Below are positions 13,181 through 24,625 of a stretch of DNA of 63,975 bases, piece by piece. Within the stretch, counting starts at the first letter, position 1; the number at the start of each line of letters is the position of its first letter. The translations under genes were made by a program, and so were the position numbers. The DNA is taken from positions 58,902,026-58,966,000 of the forward strand of contig CM052816.1 of assembly GCA_028534125.1 (NCBI GenBank), read 5' to 3'. This DNA is from Lama glama. Taxonomy: Eukaryota. Under the pieces are notes generated by a model. That model had not been told where the DNA came from. It searched no databases and saw only the letters and a list, made by a program, of their open reading frames with translations.

Positions 13181-15270
13181 GCATGATGACAGCACCACAG
13201 CCACAGTGGCAAGGGATGTTCTCTGGCTAAACTATTGCAGCTTTCACCCTGGGGAGGCAGGCTCTCCATCGGCACCAGGTGTGGTGATGTGTGCTCCTTC
13301 TAAGTTCTGTCCCAGCCACTCGGGCAGCGTTTGGCTCCTGTCCTGGGCAGGTCAGGCAGCAGGTGAGAAGGCTTGAGCCTCACGTAATAGTGCAGGTGTC
13401 CTCTGTGCAGCGTTGCCTAGGCTTGTCTCTACGTGTTCTCTCTTGTCTTTTAAACTTGCTGGGCCTGGACTGAAGGAATATCTGAATTCTCTTCAGTCAG
13501 AAAGAACCACACACTGTGGTAGATCTCCCAGGAAGATTTCCATGTGACCTGTACATGGTCTTCTAACGGCATAAAATTTTTTTTTAAAAGCCAATCAGAA
13601 AACAAGTACTTTTCAGCAGGCACCTGCTGTTTTATGAGGGGGGTGGGGAAACATCTCTCTTTAAAAGTAAAATTAAATCAATAAATTTAAAGGCTAGTTT
13701 GGGGGCGTGAAAGAAGCAAATAACAGCCAGCCTCTAAGTGAACAAACAACTGTTACAGATAGCATCAGGCCAGTCTGTGTGTGTTGGAGGCTCATGCTGT
13801 CCTTTTGAATTGAATTTTTAATGGCTGGAGGCTGGGGCCTCCATGGGATTTCAGAAATACAACATAGGAACTGAAGGCAGCTCTGGCATCCCGAAGGTGT
13901 CTGTTGAGATTCAAGTGGGAAAGTGCCTGCCAACCATCCCAGCGTCCTGGGATAAATCCACAGATGGAGTTTCAGGTGTTCGTTACTACTGGCCTCTCTG
14001 TGAAGCCCCAGCTGCCATGCAGGCCCTCAAAGGCTGTGGAACTCCCAGTTGAGGAGCTGGTATTTCTAGGAGCCACGATCCACCCAGGCTTGGCCACATC
14101 ATTTGACTTGGTTCTAGGCAGGAACTAGGAGAACTTTTCTTCACTTGATTACAGTCAGGATTGGTGTATACCATCCAGGTACGTTTAGAAATCAAACTAA
14201 GGCTGGAGTGTGAAAAATCAGGGATGGGCAGAGTGGGATGCTGAAGAAAGCACAGAACTTGGCTTGGCATGAAGATTGGCTTGGGTGGGGGTGGGGAGCA
14301 AGCCTTTCTTTGAAGTCTCTCAATTTTGTGATTTAATATTGGAAGAGAACCGGCTTTAAACCACATTGAAGATCTGAGGGCTGATGGAATGGAAGATGCT
14401 GGAGAGCAGAATATTCTTGCTCAGCTGTTTGGCAAGCTGTTAGTATAAGCAGTATGTGACATGGGGCCACAGTTCCTCCAGCATCACTGTCAAGTCCCTG
14501 CAGTGGAGTCAGGTGTGCCCTGATGGTGTCATGGTAAGAGGAACAGAATTTGAATTTAGAGCAGTGGAGTTCGTGTTTCAGCTCAGCTGTTCATCAGCAC
14601 TGTGAACTGCTTATATTTCCCATCAGTGACCAGAGGGGTGTTCTCTAGGTGCTTCCTAGTTACCATCCCTCTTTATAGTAATTCTTTTTAGAATTTTAGC
14701 TTAAGTAGTTTTTGCAAAGTAGCTTAGAAGCTATGAGTTGGAGAATTAAATGGCCCGTGCTTTTCTCTGTCCCTCCCTTCCCAACGCATTGACACTGAAT
14801 GTGCCAACTGGCAGTTAGAAGAGAAAGGTGGTGTCGGGGAAAGCTCAGACATCTTTGAAACTCTTCTTATTCTCCCCATATCCCGGATGGCTTAACTTTA
14901 ACATAAATAATATGCCTGCACACTGGATTGTAAAAGCATGTGATTCTATTTTTGTGACGTATTTCTTCTGCACTATTAGAGGGGAAGAATGTTAATGTGT
15001 ATCATCCTATCTTGCTTTTGAAGCCAGGGTAGTTTTATAATTTGGTTACCAGCAGGGATAACCTGAATGTTACCCTTGGAAATGTAGGAACTTACATGGA
15101 TGCACTGTAAAGTGAAATATGCACTGTTCCCCAGGAAGATAAAACAAAACAAAAAGCAAATCGTATCATCACTCTGAATCTGTAAAATGAGAAGAGAAAG
15201 GGAAAACAATCATGATGCCAAGATTATGATGATGAAGATGATGTTACCTGTCACTAGTCTTTTCTGGCCT

Positions 15271-15377
15271 GGGGGAGGGGGTGGGAGGGGGTAGGGTTGA
15301 GTGCAGAGGGTTTTCTTTGTCACTGAAGATGTCTCAGGTGTCACTGGGGATTGGGGCCTGTGGGGTGTAGTGGGGGG
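15271..15377 (+). other. Two adjacent G-quadruplex-competent G-run clusters
   Basis: Five G>=3 runs with 1-2 nt loops (15271-15296); four G>=4 runs with 3-6 nt loops (15346-15377). Confidence 0.6.
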
Positions 15378-16361
15378 TGGTCCAATTCCCTCTCTCTGGT
15401 GAGTTAACACAAACACATAAACCCCAAAGAAATTTCTTTTAGTTTCTTATTTCAAATTTGTGGTGATTGAATATACAGAGGGTAAGGGTGCAGTGGGGGT
15501 GAGATGTAAGAAGTTGCAGCCTGAGTCTGGCTCACTCACATCTGTGCTCTGTACACCAGCAAGGGCATCCTGAGCAGATCTTGGGGGTGTGCCATGTGGA
15601 CATTCTCTTGGTTGACAGAAAGTTCAGCCCAGACCGCTCTCTCTCCTCCTTTCCCCCAGATGTCTCCATCTCTCTCAGTCCTCCCTCCTCTGATGCCTCA
15701 AACATCCTCATTTCTTTATCATAGTTATCAATCCCAGCTAGTCTCTCCTCAGCCTCTCTTTTGCTGAAGCTCCAAGATGTGGGATAGAAGAAGGAGGAAG
15801 GATAAAGGTGGTCTTGACTTTGGGGAGTAGCTTTCCTTTTTTGTTTCTTTTCTCTGTTTTTCTTTTATATAGCCTCCAGAGATCTAAAAAAAATCAGATT
15901 TCATACGGTGAGAGTTAATTTTCCCACTGGATCTACTTAAAGAATCTTGGTTGTTATCTAGCTGAGATTTTGGTTGTTAGGCAAAAAAAAAAAAAGTATC
16001 CTTTTGCTGCTCTTGATCAAACCCACTTTTATTTACGTTGTTTTTGGAAGCGCACACCCACCTGCTCTTTCCTAGTTTCTGTTTCTTAGTTGCTGCTGGT
16101 AAGTAGATGTGTGGTCCTGCAGTAATAGTGGTAATAAAAATATTGCTGCTGCTGTGGCTGGAACAGACATGCCAGCTTTTGCCCAAGGGGAGTGTGGACA
16201 TGCATGGGCTTGTCTGTTGAGCTGGAAGGGCAGGACTGGCAGAAGACTGTATACAAGGATTAAGGATTCTTTGGGATGGGAATTCTTCAGGAAGAAAGGA
16301 GGAGCCAGGTACAATAAGCCTGGCCTAATAACCAATCTAGATCTCAGAAGGGGGTGGTGAG

Positions 16362-16471
16362 TTATTTATTTATTGAAGTATAGTCGGTTTACAATGTTGT
16401 GTCCATTTCTGGTGTACAGCATAATGTTTCAGTCATCCATTTACATACATATATTTCTTTTCATATTCTTT
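16362..16471 (-). mobile_element. Very short LINE-1 3' end (cetartiodactyl/camelid type)
   Basis: attgaagtatagtcggtttacaatgttgtg...ggtgtacagcataatg is the reverse complement of the L1 terminus; homologous to copies at 44622 and 49346. Confidence 0.8.
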
Positions 16472-17654
16472 GCTGGTGCTGTTAGATACTTTGTTCCCCT
16501 TCTGACACATTTTATATAGAATTACATCTAAAACTTGAAGACACTTAAAGAGTAATCACCCTATTCATGGACATACTGCTTAGGTCCCTTTCTAGAAATT
16601 ACACAAACTTATTGTCTGTAGCGAAGAACTCAGTCTTATCTCCAGTTTCCCAATTTGTAGACATTGCTTGGGTCTTTAGTGTTTTGGGGACTTGTACCTA
16701 ACTCTTATTTCAACATTTCCACGTGTTTATGACTATAAAAGTTTCCCCTACTTTGAAATCAATAGCAGTCAAATGTGTGTGGGCCAGACCCTGGTTCAGT
16801 TGCCTGTCTTAAGACTGCTTAATACTAACCTGTGCTGGAGTTTATTCCTGTGAAGACTGCGTTATTGCAGTGATTTCAAACTCATGTTCTCAAGGAATAG
16901 TGTTGTTATGTAAGCTGGACCCTTGGTTCATGGAGAAGTCAAATAATAGTGATTGTTTTCCCATTTTTAAGGAAAAGTAAATTAATGAATGGAATATTTT
17001 TTCAGTTTTAAAATTTCTTACACTGGATTATGTTGCTTCACTGGTAGTGGGGGCTAGCTGGTGAGTAAAATATGTATAAACAGAGTAGAAAACACATCTG
17101 AAAAGCAATTCCTTAAAATTTCAGTGTGTTATTATTTCTTTAATGCAGAAATGTAAATATATATATCTCATAGTCATATTCCACTACTAGTAAAATTATA
17201 ATTTGCACAGCGGAATTAAATATATTAATATTTCATGGTATTTTGCTCTAATTCTATTATAGGCCTCCCCATGGATAAATTTGAGGATCATTGCAATCAT
17301 AGTTGAGGGCTCAGTATGAAATTTTGTCCAACGAATTTCCTAATAAAATGATCTAAGTTCTACCCTGTGTGGCAGGAACCATGTTAGATCTGGGTCTATG
17401 GAGTGTGATGAGACTAAGAATCTCTTTAACGAACTGACTATTGATTATTGTTCCTTCAAGGCAGGTGAGGAGAGTTAATCTACATTTCATGCTGTTTATC
17501 TTAATAGGGGGAAGATCAAGCAGTTCAAACCAATCAGTTGCCATGAATGTGTCTGTAGATACCCAGAGATGCTTTCAGGGGGTGGGATTTGGGTGGGCAG
17601 CAGCCTAACCGCCCCTCTTCTCACTGCAGCCTGGTTCAGTGGCCGCCACCCACC

Positions 17655-17795
17655 ACCCTGCTGTGAGTCCGGAGACTCAGATTCAGGGAAAAGCTTTACT
17701 GTCAATGATGTGATCTTGGAAAAATGCTTCGTCTTAGCTTCAGTTTCTTCATCTGTTTATAAAGGGATACATCTCAAAGTTCTCTTCTAGGTCTT
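17655..17795 (+). mobile_element. MIR SINE fragment
   Basis: MIR core: tgtgatcttggaaaaatgctt...cttcagtttcttcatctgt. Confidence 0.7.
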
Positions 17796-18237
17796 GAGCT
17801 ATACTGGTTGATTCCTACTTTCTGAAAGCCTGCTAACACGGTTGTAAGAGCTGGAGGTGAGGTTTCTGTTGCTGTTATGATAGTTTTAGGGCCAGAGAAC
17901 CAGGGATACCTAAATCACTTATCACTCCTCCCCTCAGTTTTCTAGCTGAGGGAGATGTTTACGAATGGTAGCTACATGGATAGCCTGGCTGTGTTAATAG
18001 CTGACCAATGAATACTGACCTCCAAAGCACGGCTTTGGTAGAAGCTGAGTTGGAGAATCCAGCTAAGGCCCAAAGGTTTATTTACATGAAGCTTCTAGGA
18101 CCTCCTTGCATCTAAGATGCCCTCCTCCTTGTGGAGCAGGGCCTGATCTAACCTAGTTGCAGGTGAAAAGGAGGCCAAATAGGAGAGAAGATCTGGTCGG
18201 GCTCAGCTCCTCAGACAGGCCTCTACCTGCAGCAGGG

Positions 18238-18575
18238 ACAGTTTAGGTCAGGTTCCCAGAAGCAGCCCCTGAGGCTGTGACAACGATGCTAGCCATTACT
18301 TCAGAAAGCGCCCTTGTGGAAAATGCAATGCAGTGGGCGGAGGGACCAGGGAAGGTGAAGCTAAGCAAGGGCGCCATTCCGGGAGGGCTCCCGACTCCAG
18401 ATGTTGTGGGCGGACTCTGAGTATAACTGACACCTCAAAATTTGTTTCATCTGAGGTCAGGGAGCTGGGCTTTCCCACCGCTGCACATCCAGTCACTGGT
18501 TAGGAGGCACCCAGGGGTAGGGTTGGGGTGGGACAGGAACTCCGGGGCACCCATGGCTCTAAGTGAATCCAGGCC
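18238..18575 (-). mobile_element. ERVL-type LTR (LTR16/LTR33-like), degenerate
   Basis: ttaggtcaggttcccagaagcagcccctgag resembles the recalled LTR16/LTR33 terminus. Confidence 0.45.
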
Positions 18576-19005
18576 AAGAGACTCCTGGCTAATCCTCTGA
18601 GGAAGGCCACAGACTCAGCCATTAGGAGCAAAGCAGCACACAGAAGCTGCAGGACGGTGCATGGGGGTCCTGGGGATCTGGAGGGAGCTGTCATAGCATC
18701 TCAGAGAAAGAGCGAAGGAGATACCTCAGCTGGGCTCGCCACACGGTGCAGGAGGTGAAAGAGTGACCCTTATAGGGGCCTGCCCTTCCACTGCCTGCTG
18801 GTGAAGCATCCCCAGTGACTGCTCTGCCCCCTCACCTCTGCAATTAGCTGTTTCTCCTCTTTTGGGGGTCAGGGGGTACTCTATGGATGGGAAGGAAAGA
18901 TGGAAGGTAGGCAGAGGGTAGGAGCATCAGGAAGGAAGTTGGAAATGCTCCTTTCCAGTCTCCATCTCTGCCTTCCTCAGAGACTGTGGTTAGTGTGCCC
19001 TGGAG

Positions 19006-19041
19006 AGCTGAACTTATTTAGGGCTCTAAATAAGTTCAGCT
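19006..19041. repeat. Perfect 16-bp inverted repeat with a 4-nt spacer
   Basis: agctgaacttatttag-ggct-ctaaataagttcagct. Confidence 0.95.
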
Positions 19042-19644
19042 GTTGTGAATAAGTAGTTTGCCTAATTACATAATTTTGGCAGAGCAGAGGTCAGATTTTG
19101 TGACTGGAAGTTTAAGGATGTTTTCCTTGGATGTTACGGTCCCCTTGTAGTTAGCCCAGTTCTTTGTAAACTCGGATAAGGAAAATAAACTTTGCAGTGG
19201 TTATTTTATGACTTAATTCTATAGCTTCTCCCATCCCAAGACTAAGTAACCTCTTAAAACTTTAGGTTTCACTTCTTATGGTGTAAGAGTTTTACCAGGA
19301 TGTAAACAGCTGTGTTTTTCCATTAACTGGTACCATGGGGCTTGGGACCATTGAACGTAAGAACTAGCCTAGAGACTGGGTAGGGAAGGCAGAAGATCTC
19401 TGGTTTATGCTTGGTGGCAAGGGTAGTGTCATTAGTGATACTGGAATATATGACATAGGGACCATATTTTCCGAGCACAACATTAGATCATATGGCCTGA
19501 CGGTAATGAGGGCAATTGCACAGAATATTTGGAATTGAAACTAACCTAGAATACCACACATAAAATCCCCTTAAACTGCTATTTATCAAACTTAAAAAAA
19601 ACCCCAAAACCTAAAACCTATAGAGAAATAGATTTAGGAGAGAC

Positions 19645-19898
19645 AGGCTGCTGCAGTATTAAGGCCATTGACTCTAGGGCAGGGTTGCTGAGGTCCAAAT
19701 CCTGTCAGCTACTTGCTAAATGGACCATCATTAAATTCTATGTGACTTAGTTCATTCAGCTGTAAAACTGGGGTAAAAAAATAGTCCTATCTCATTGGAT
19801 AATTAAATGAGTTAATGCATGTAAATGACCATGGCACTGGCCCTGGTTCATCCCAAACATTATATGAGCTTTTGCTAATAAGAACTTCATTATTATTA
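19645..19898 (+). mobile_element. MIR SINE, near full length
   Basis: ggtccaaatcctg...tcagctgtaaaactggggt...aattaaatgagttaatgcatgtaaa...tattattag. Confidence 0.75.
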
Positions 19899-21429
19899 GC
19901 ATATACTTCCACACATATAATATCTGAAATGGAAAGGGGTTATGTGTAAAACAATTTCATATTTTCTATTTTGTTTTATTTTGTTAAAAAAATATAATTC
20001 ACCATCCTCTAATAGGTTTTGAATTACACTGTCAAAAATAGTGTCTTCAGTTTGTAAAGCTGTCAGCATCCCTCTAGGCAGCCATGCTAGGAAAATAGGA
20101 GACTCTGTTCAAATGTTTATGATATAATTTACTGTCTCTCCTTTGATAAATTAATTAACTCTTAATACTTCTAGAATCACAGAAGGAGACAGGAGAAAGC
20201 TGAGGGCTGGGCACGGCACACTGGGTGTTTGAAAGTTGGAAAGTAATGGGAATTGGTTGTTGGAACTTGGGTTGGGTGATTCTGAGGGACTTGAGAGGAG
20301 AGGAAGAATGTGAGACTTTCCAAGACTCCTGCTGTGTCCCTTGAACTTGTGCTCTCAGAAAGTACAATTAATAATATCACACTCCAGCCCTTCTGTCTCC
20401 TGTCCCTTCCTGAGGAAATACTCAGTGAGCTGAAATGGCAGATAAATGAAGATCTTGTTCCTGTCCCCCTAACCCCCCCAGGTAAATCATCTAAGTGCAA
20501 ATAAATGCCTTTGTGTTTGTTAGGACTGGGTGATTTGTTTCCAAATGGGAAAGAGGTTATGCTTTCATTTGTGAAATGTCTTTCTTCTCTCCTTCTGATG
20601 ATTCTAAGTGCATCTAGAGGCGAGGCGAGGTGAGGCCCATAAACCTAATTCATAAACTGTGAATCCACAATAAAATTATATGCATCTTTAAAAATGTCCT
20701 CCCTTCATATAATTACCCTGATGCAATGCTCTAAACTTCTGACTTAAGATATTAAATGGGTGAAAAGGAAACCACATCACACTAATTCAAATGTGTTAGA
20801 TTGATTAAAAATGAATTTCTAATGAGGAAGTATGTCAGGAAAATCGTAATTAAAATGGTGCTTCAAATGATCAGGACTTGCTTTTATTTTATATTTTTGT
20901 GGCATAGTATTTCCCAGAAGGTTATGACTGCATATGGCAGAGATGGAACATGGAAACATGAAAATGAGGTCATGTCCAAGTGGGTGAGAGGCATCACCAT
21001 CAGCAGCCAAGCCAAATCTGCTTCCTATGCAAATGATGGCCCAAGGGCTGGCAGAAGAGCCATTAAGGTCTTTGTTAAGTCCTGAGTCATCGCCATCTGC
21101 TCTCAAGTAGCGCTGTACTAAATGGGCGATGTTGTAACATCTGGGGTAGAGATTTTCTTCAGTGCCTTCTGATTTCAGATGGTCAAACAGCTTCTGTCTG
21201 GTGAAAAAATGGTTTAAAGTTTGCTCATCTCTGGAATCATTTCCTCTCCCCCTTCTTTTCATACCCAATTAAAACAAATTTTGCTTAATAGCTTCTCTTT
21301 AGTTTTCAACAAAAAAGGTGGGTGCTTAGGACGATGGTGGTCAGAACTGAGACAGGGATTAGTATGCAGTTTATATTCCTTCTTGTTTCTGTCATGAATC
21401 TAGAGATTCTCCTGGGATCCCTTGCACAT

Positions 21430-21725
21430 TCATCCATCCATTCATTCATTGTTGGTTTATTCAATAAATATTTATTGAGCATCTATGTATGTGCAAGAGA
21501 TTGTGATAGGGCTGTGGAATCACTGGTGAGCAGAATCAGAGGCCCTGGCCCTCATGAGACTATTCTAGGTGTAGATGATGGAAAATAAGAAGCAAACACA
21601 GTTATGTTTGGTTTTGCCAAAACTACTAAGAAATGAAACAATTCATCCAAGAGAGAATTTTGGTGGGGTTGATGTACTCAGTAGGGTAATGGTCAACCTA
21701 TTTTAGATAAACTGGTCAGGAAGGT
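21430..21725 (-). mobile_element. LINE-2 3' end
   Basis: cattcattcatt...caataaatatttattgagcatctatgtatgtgc...ggccctcatgag...ggtcagggaagg. Confidence 0.7.
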
Positions 21726-21732
21726 CATAGGT

Positions 21733-22530
21733 CAGGTTGCTAAAAGTCAATTAATTAAACCAGTTTGCTGAAAGCTAATTTGTTGCATGGCCAATTTCAC
21801 TGAAGGACTAATTCACCAAGCTTATTTGTGTCATCTGTACTATTTAGTTTAGTTTTTATTTTGATTTTCTAACAGCATTTTAAGGACTTTTCAACAGATT
21901 TTCAACAGCTTGAGGGACAGAAAGCAGGGGGAAAAGAGAAGGGTGGTGAGGAGTGCTGAGGACCACAATAAAAATAGTAAGAAAAAAAGCAAAAAAAAAA
22001 AATAGTAAGGATATTTCCTTCAATAGGAAGAATTGTTATAAATATATTTTTCATTTTTATTATTACTCAAGGATGATACATTAATATGAACTCTTCACAT
22101 TTAAGTATATAAGCAAAAAAGTACTACTTATACAGAATATATTCATAAAAGAATATTTTCATTGAATATATTCCTAAAATAATATATTCATGAGGAGAAT
22201 ATATTCATAAGAAGAACACACTCAATTTTTCTCTGTCTCTGCTCCCTGCTGTTGCTGCTGGACACAGGGACAGAATTAGAAGGAGAGAGAGAGGAAACTG
22301 AGGCACAGTTGGAGAGGAAGACCAAGAGGCTTAAGTTCCCAGCTCAAGTGTTATGGAGCTGGGGAAGAGATAGTCTAAACTTTTCTTAAAACAGTATTAT
22401 GACAGCAAAATGAAAATCAATCAACCAAACTGGAAAGTTCAAAAACACAATTACATTAGGCAAATTGGTCATTTGGGGAATGGGTCATTCAAGAAATTAG
22501 TGATTTGGAAAACTAGTAGATTGACTGTGT
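21733..22530. mobile_element. Ancient element with inverted terminal arrays of a degenerate ~13-15 nt unit; family uncertain (MamRep605/MULE-like)
   Basis: Left end repeats ccagtttgctgaaa/ccaatttcactgaa/ctaattcaccaa; right end carries reverse-complement-like units ggcaaattggtcatt/ggggaatgggtcatt/agaaattagtgatt. Confidence 0.45.
22135..22206. repeat. Minisatellite of five palindromic GAATATATTC units
   Basis: Copies start at 22135, 22151 (1 mismatch), 22164, 22180 (1 mismatch) and 22197. Confidence 0.85.
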
Positions 22531-23374
22531 AATGTATTGTCTAAACTGGGATGCATTTGAGAGTAAAAGGGGTACTACTAATAAGTATGCTGGGATAATA
22601 GATGTAAACTAGAACAATTTTGGGCAAACTCCTGGTCCACACTGATCTCTGGTGCCTGTGTTTGAGTAAGAGGGGGCCTGCACAGACCTGAGGAACAGTC
22701 TGAGTCTGCTTCGTTTTGCAATATGGCTACATGGCTGGCTTTAGGCTGAATATGCGGATTGTTTCTTAACATGAATACCATCTTCTGTTTGAAAGATCCA
22801 AAGCTGTAGGGTATTAGGTTAAGTTTTAAGGAGAGCTGTGATTTCTTGGATGGCATCCATGGCATTTATTCCCTCTTAGTGGATGCCTTCCAATTCTAGA
22901 TCTCTAGGCTAAGCTCCAAACTCACATTTCCAAATGCAAGCTAGACATCTCCCACGGGCACCTCAAATCCAACATGTCCCAAAGCAAACTCCTAGGAAGA
23001 GAGTGTAGAGATAAAAGAAGACCTTTGGGAAGGATTTCTCATTGTCATTTGTTCATGCCATGCTTGAATATATTTTTAACAACCCAAGAGGACTTTCTCC
23101 CTCTTTCTTACTCAAAATGTATCTGCCCTTTAGAGCCCAGTGTAACTCTCATCTTTTTGTGGTGTCATCTTATGAAATAGCTATTTTCTCTCCATAATGT
23201 AAATTACCAATTGTTTATCTGTGATAGCAACTCAGGGTCATCACAAGTAAAGCTTGAGGTGAGTACCGTTTAGTTTGGAACTGCATTGTTTTCTAAATAT
23301 TCTCAATGTCCTAGATATTTTCACTGCATCACTCAGTACATTGCTATGCAGATGACAGGGGCTCATTTGTTTAT

Positions 23375-23645
23375 TAATTCATTGAAGGAATATTTATTAA
23401 GGGCCATATTATGCACCAAGTAACTATTCTACTTTCTGGAGATAGAACAGTCGACAAAACACAGGACCTGATGTCCAGAAGCTTACATTTTAGTGGAGAA
23501 GAAAGACAGAACAAAGAGCTCATTTTAAAGATGAGGAATCTTAAATCTTGAGAAGTGAAGGGGTGTACCCAAGGACACAAGGAATCTAGGATGGGAGCCA
23601 GAACTTGAACCTGATCTGTTTTCTAGTGCAGTGGTTATTTCCCAG
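23375..23645 (-). mobile_element. Adjacent L2 3' fragment and MIR fragment
   Basis: L2: attcattgaaggaatatttatt...gaagcttacattttagtgg; MIR: cattttaaagatgaggaa...cccaaggacaca...gaacttgaacc. Confidence 0.65.
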
Positions 23646-24038
23646 GACAACAAACCAAGTGCTCTGTGACGTGCTGGAGGATGCACTCCACATGCTGGGT
23701 GCGCTGAGAGCATCTGCCTGCCCTTTCAGAGCTACTTCCCTGGGCAGTCTGGAGGCAGCCCAAGAGTCCCACATACTTCTGGTAAGAAGATGCTCCCTTG
23801 ACTTTTCACATCTCCATCCGCAGGAGCCAAGAGAAAGCCTTGGATCTGTGAGTGCTCCAGGTAGCACCATATGGGTGGGAGCAGAGAGGGGTCCCAGAAT
23901 TCTGTGTGCTCCTGGAAGACCGCCCAGTCACCTCTCCGCACAACATGCAGAGCTTCACCACTTTTTATCTGGAGATACTCAGGACTAATCTCATCACATA
24001 CTTTATCATGGTTTCCATTAGTCACTGCAGGAAGCCCA

Positions 24039-24320
24039 GAACCAGACAAATACTGTATGATTCCTCTTATAGGAGTTACCTATGGTGATCAAATTCATAG
24101 ACAGAAAATAGAATGGTAGTCGCTATGGGCTGGAAGGATGAAGATATAGGGAGTTTTTTTAATGGAGAGAGAGTTTCAGTTTTGCAAGATGAAAAGAGTT
24201 TTGGAGATTGTTTGCACAACCATGTGAATATACTTAATGCAATACAACAGTCCACTTAAAAATGGTGAAGATGGTAAGTTTTGCATTCTGTGTATTTGCC
24301 ACAATTAAAAAAAAATAAAA
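24039..24320 (+). mobile_element. LINE-1 3' end (L1MB-like)
   Basis: acaaatactgtatgattcc...caaattcatagacagaaaatagaatgg...cacttaaaaatgg...A-rich tail; TSD gaagccca at 24031-24038 and 24321-24328. Confidence 0.85.
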
Positions 24321-24479
24321 GAAGCCCAAGGACCCGAAGTCATCTTAAATCCCCTTGTCGCTTGCTTCTATTCAAGTATATGACTCTCAAGCACCTCCTA
24401 CTCCAACAATGCTGGTCGTCGCCCTCCTGCTCGCTCCTTCTCTGTAACATTTATGGCTGTCTGACCTGCCTGTGTTGTT

Positions 24480-24625
24480 TGCCTGTCTCTCTCTCCCCTC
24501 AACTAGAATATTTGCTCCAACAGAGCAGAGATTCTTTTTTTGTTCTGTTTACTGCTGTAATCCCAGCACCGGTAAGAATGTCTGACACACAGTAGGTGCT
24601 CCATTCATGTTTGTTGATGGACTGC
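24480..24625 (+). mobile_element. LINE-2 3' end
   Basis: actagaatatttgctcc...gttctgtttactgctgtaatcccagcacc...tctgacacacagtaggtgctc. Confidence 0.7.

Noticed and set aside
20819..21268. 149-aa minus-strand ORF
   Set aside because: No family similarity I recognise and a non-ATG start; the sequence is better explained as a regulatory element (PhyloCSF would be decisive)
22135..22206. Palindromic repeats with short spacers as a CRISPR-like array
   Set aside because: Units are 10 bp with 3-7 nt spacers in mammalian DNA and there are no cas genes; it is a minisatellite
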